Origin: an uncultured Methanoregulaceae archaeon
GTDB taxonomy: Archaea > Halobacteriota > Methanomicrobia > Methanomicrobiales > Methanospirillaceae
Assembly (NCBI GenBank): GCA_963705255.1
Contig: OY970061.1
Coordinates: 64,001-128,000 of the forward strand
DNA length: 64,000 bases
Direction of reading: 5' to 3'
Part shown: in pieces, positions 61,962-64,000 of the stretch
How the letters are laid out: each line of letters starts with the position of its first letter
Numbering within the stretch: position 1 is the first letter of the stretch
Translations under genes and position numbers: made by a program
Notes under the pieces: generated by a model
What the model was told of the DNA's origin: nothing
Seen by the model: the letters and a program-made list of their open reading frames with translations, nothing else
The model's database searches: none

Positions 61962-63421
61962 GTGTTCTTCCCCGCGGGGAAACGTTCATGTTCCGGTCGT
62001 CCAATCCGGCTCCCGAGGTTATCCCATGCACTCTGATTTTTTATGCACCCGGGATCGGGGGCTGCAATATCGCCGGAATATGCCCACGCCCGTGCCCGGC
62101 AGCCGCCGCAGATATACTTGTTCGTGCACGAACCGCAGGTACCGGTCAGGAGATCGCGGTTCCGTAACTTTCTGAGTACCTCTGCATCATGCCAGATCTC
62201 TAGAAACGGCTGCTGCCGGATATTCCCGACGTTGATCGGCATGAAGACGCACGGCTGGATATCCCCCTGCGGCTCGATGCTGCAGTACAGCCTGCCGGCT
62301 CCGCATCCGCCGATAAAATCTGCAAGCATCCGGGTCCTGCCACTCAGTTCAGCGCCAAGATAGAAGTGCCCGACGGGGATGCCCTTACCTTCCTCCTCCT
62401 GGATGGCGACCCGGGCAAGTTGCGGGGCGGTGGAGAGCACTTCAGGCATCCGGTTCGGTATATTTTTCGTAAGGATAAATCTGAGGAGATCCTCCCGCTG
62501 GCAGGGAGAAATGTCCCGGTCAGCCATCTCCACACCCCGTCCTGTCGGGATAAAATTGAAACAGATGAGGCGGGTCGCCCCCAGGTCCTGCGCGAGCCGG
62601 TAGATCTCCGGTACCTGGTCATAATTGTCCTTTGTCACGGTAGTGGCAATGCAGGTATATATCCCTTCTTCCACGCAGTTCCGGATCCCGGCAACGCTCC
62701 GTTCGAACGCACCGTCAATCCCCCTCATGGCATCATGGTGTGCTGCATCTTTCCCGTCAATGGAGATCTCAACATAGTCCACGCCGGCATCGTGCAGCTT
62801 TTTTGCCACTTCCGGGGTGATCATCGTCCCGTTGCTGGCCAGGGCGACGTAGAGATCATGCTGGTGGGCATACGCGGCGATCTCAAAGAAATCTTTTCTC
62901 ATGAGCGGTTCACCCCCTGAGAATGCGATGACCACGACACCGGCGCCGGCAAGATCCCGGACCAGGTGTTCTGCCTCGCCGGTATCCAGTTCATCCGGCA
63001 GTGCCTGCTGGGCATCCTGGTAGCAGTGTTTGCACTGCAGGTTACACATATGGGTGAAATCCCAGACTACCAGGAACGGTGCGTTGACGATCTGGGGTCT
63101 GGTGACTCCGTACCGTGCAATGCCATTCAGCACATTCATGAGCCCCCGTTTGAATACCGGTTCCGCCAGGTCTTTCCTGACATCGCTGCTGCTGACACCA
63201 AACAGGTGACTGCCTTTCTGGAGAGTAAATCTGACAATCCCCCCGGCCAGCCTGCATTTCCAGCATAGGGGCATCTCCTTCCCAAGATAGTGGTCGATGG
63301 CATTCGACAACCGGTCTCCGCATTCATCATGTGTTGCGACAAACCGGAGGCAGGCACGCGAGACCGGATTTCCAATCCATCGCCCAACCGCTGCCATAGC
63401 CGATGTTATATCATCTGACAT
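61958..63421 (-). CDS. Radical SAM/SPASM protein (candidate GMGT synthase Gms)
   Basis: APFLVVWDFTHMCNLQCKHCY, FSGGEP, GCGAGRLYC..G..PC, CGSC....CGGCRARA..DPGC; N-terminal C..CWKC extension. Confidence 0.85.
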   Translation of the reverse strand: MSDDITSAMAAVGRWIGNPVSRACLRFVATHDECGDRLSNAIDHYLGKEMPLCWKCRLAGGIVRFTLQKGSHLFGVSSSDVRKDLAEPVFKRGLMNVLNGIARYGVTRPQIVNAPFLVVWDFTHMCNLQCKHCYQDAQQALPDELDTGEAEHLVRDLAGAGVVVIAFSGGEPLMRKDFFEIAAYAHQHDLYVALASNGTMITPEVAKKLHDAGVDYVEISIDGKDAAHHDAMRGIDGAFERSVAGIRNCVEEGIYTCIATTVTKDNYDQVPEIYRLAQDLGATRLICFNFIPTGRGVEMADRDISPCQREDLLRFILTKNIPNRMPEVLSTAPQLARVAIQEEEGKGIPVGHFYLGAELSGRTRMLADFIGGCGAGRLYCSIEPQGDIQPCVFMPINVGNIRQQPFLEIWHDAEVLRKLRNRDLLTGTCGSCTNKYICGGCRARAWAYSGDIAAPDPGCIKNQSAWDNLGSRIGRPEHERFPAGKNT

Positions 63422-63480
63422 CGCGACAACACCCTCACGCGTTATTTCGGTGCATTCCGTTTACATAGCTTAACTTCCAA

Positions 63481-63500
63481 ATAGTTGCATACCCAACTAT
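63481..63500. promoter_or_regulatory. Perfect palindrome ATAGTTG-N6-CAACTAT, putative MarR operator
   Basis: Lies between the divergent radical SAM operon and marR, abutting the AT-rich TATA-like stretch AATATATTAATATT. Confidence 0.7.
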
Positions 63501-63557
63501 AATATATTAATATTTCCCAGATTATTGATCAGGCAAGCCCTTTACCCGGCAAGGCTT

Positions 63558-64000
63558 ATGGTGTTGGAAAAGATGGATCGGATGCAGGATTACCGGCTTG
63601 GCGGACTCGTTTCCTATCTGTTGCGGGCCCAGTCTGCTTTCTACACGCAACGGCTCAGGCCCTACAACATCAGTTACGGGCAGTTCCCGTTCCTGATGGC
63701 GCTCTACCGCGAAGATGGCGTGAACCAGGAGACCATTGCAAAGAGGCTGCTCTTCAACAAGGCGACGATTGCCCGTGCGATTGACAAACTTGAGCGGGGG
63801 GGGTATGTCTACCGCACCCAGGACGAATACGACGGGCGGGCGAACCGGATCTTCCTGACCCCGAAAGGGAGGGAGATCAGACCCGTTCTCGATCAGCTGT
63901 CCCATGAATGGAACTCGATCCTCATCTCCGGGTTTACGGAAATCGAACGTATCCTGCTCAAAGAACTTATGAGAAAGATTGTCTCCAATGTGATGCATGA
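63558..64000 (+). CDS. MarR family transcriptional regulator (truncated by window end; absent from the ORF track)
   Basis: Manual translation: ISYGQFPFLMALYREDGVNQETIAKRLLFNKATIARAIDKLERGGYVYRTQDEYDGRANRIFLTPKG. Confidence 0.92.
   Translation, partial: MVLEKMDRMQDYRLGGLVSYLLRAQSAFYTQRLRPYNISYGQFPFLMALYREDGVNQETIAKRLLFNKATIARAIDKLERGGYVYRTQDEYDGRANRIFLTPKGREIRPVLDQLSHEWNSILISGFTEIERILLKELMRKIVSNVMH

Overview
Chromosomal segment of a methanogenic archaeon, most likely Methanomicrobiales (Methanoregula/Methanolinea-like). This assignment is inferred from gene content: archaeal DnaG, methanogenesis marker 14, tetraether synthase, CarS and the typical two-component proteins. Most of the window is housekeeping: pyrC, dnaG, ala, tes-carS-pyrE-purD-argF, argG, carAB, pyrH, nth, two tRNAs, PiT/DUF47 phosphate uptake, pncB and purine salvage. 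At least a dozen single-base frameshifts fall in conserved genes and look like uncorrected long-read indels. Four things stand out. (1) A dispersed non-coding element family has at least six copies. Two GC-rich scaffold stems enclose expandable loops filled with chains of short hairpins, and modules bounded by GAGAAG...CTTCGA are gained, lost and shuffled between loops and copies. (2) An Ehr-type complex has a large subunit lacking Ni-binding Cys and a small subunit lacking all four canonical Fe-S Cys. (3) A diverged duplicate of the tes 3' end marks an integration scar around a ~3 kb cargo region. (4) A radical SAM-SPASM plus B12-radical SAM pair (candidate GMGT synthase/methylase) lies divergent from a MarR gene with a perfect palindromic operator. 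All product calls come from motif recognition by eye; no database searches were run.
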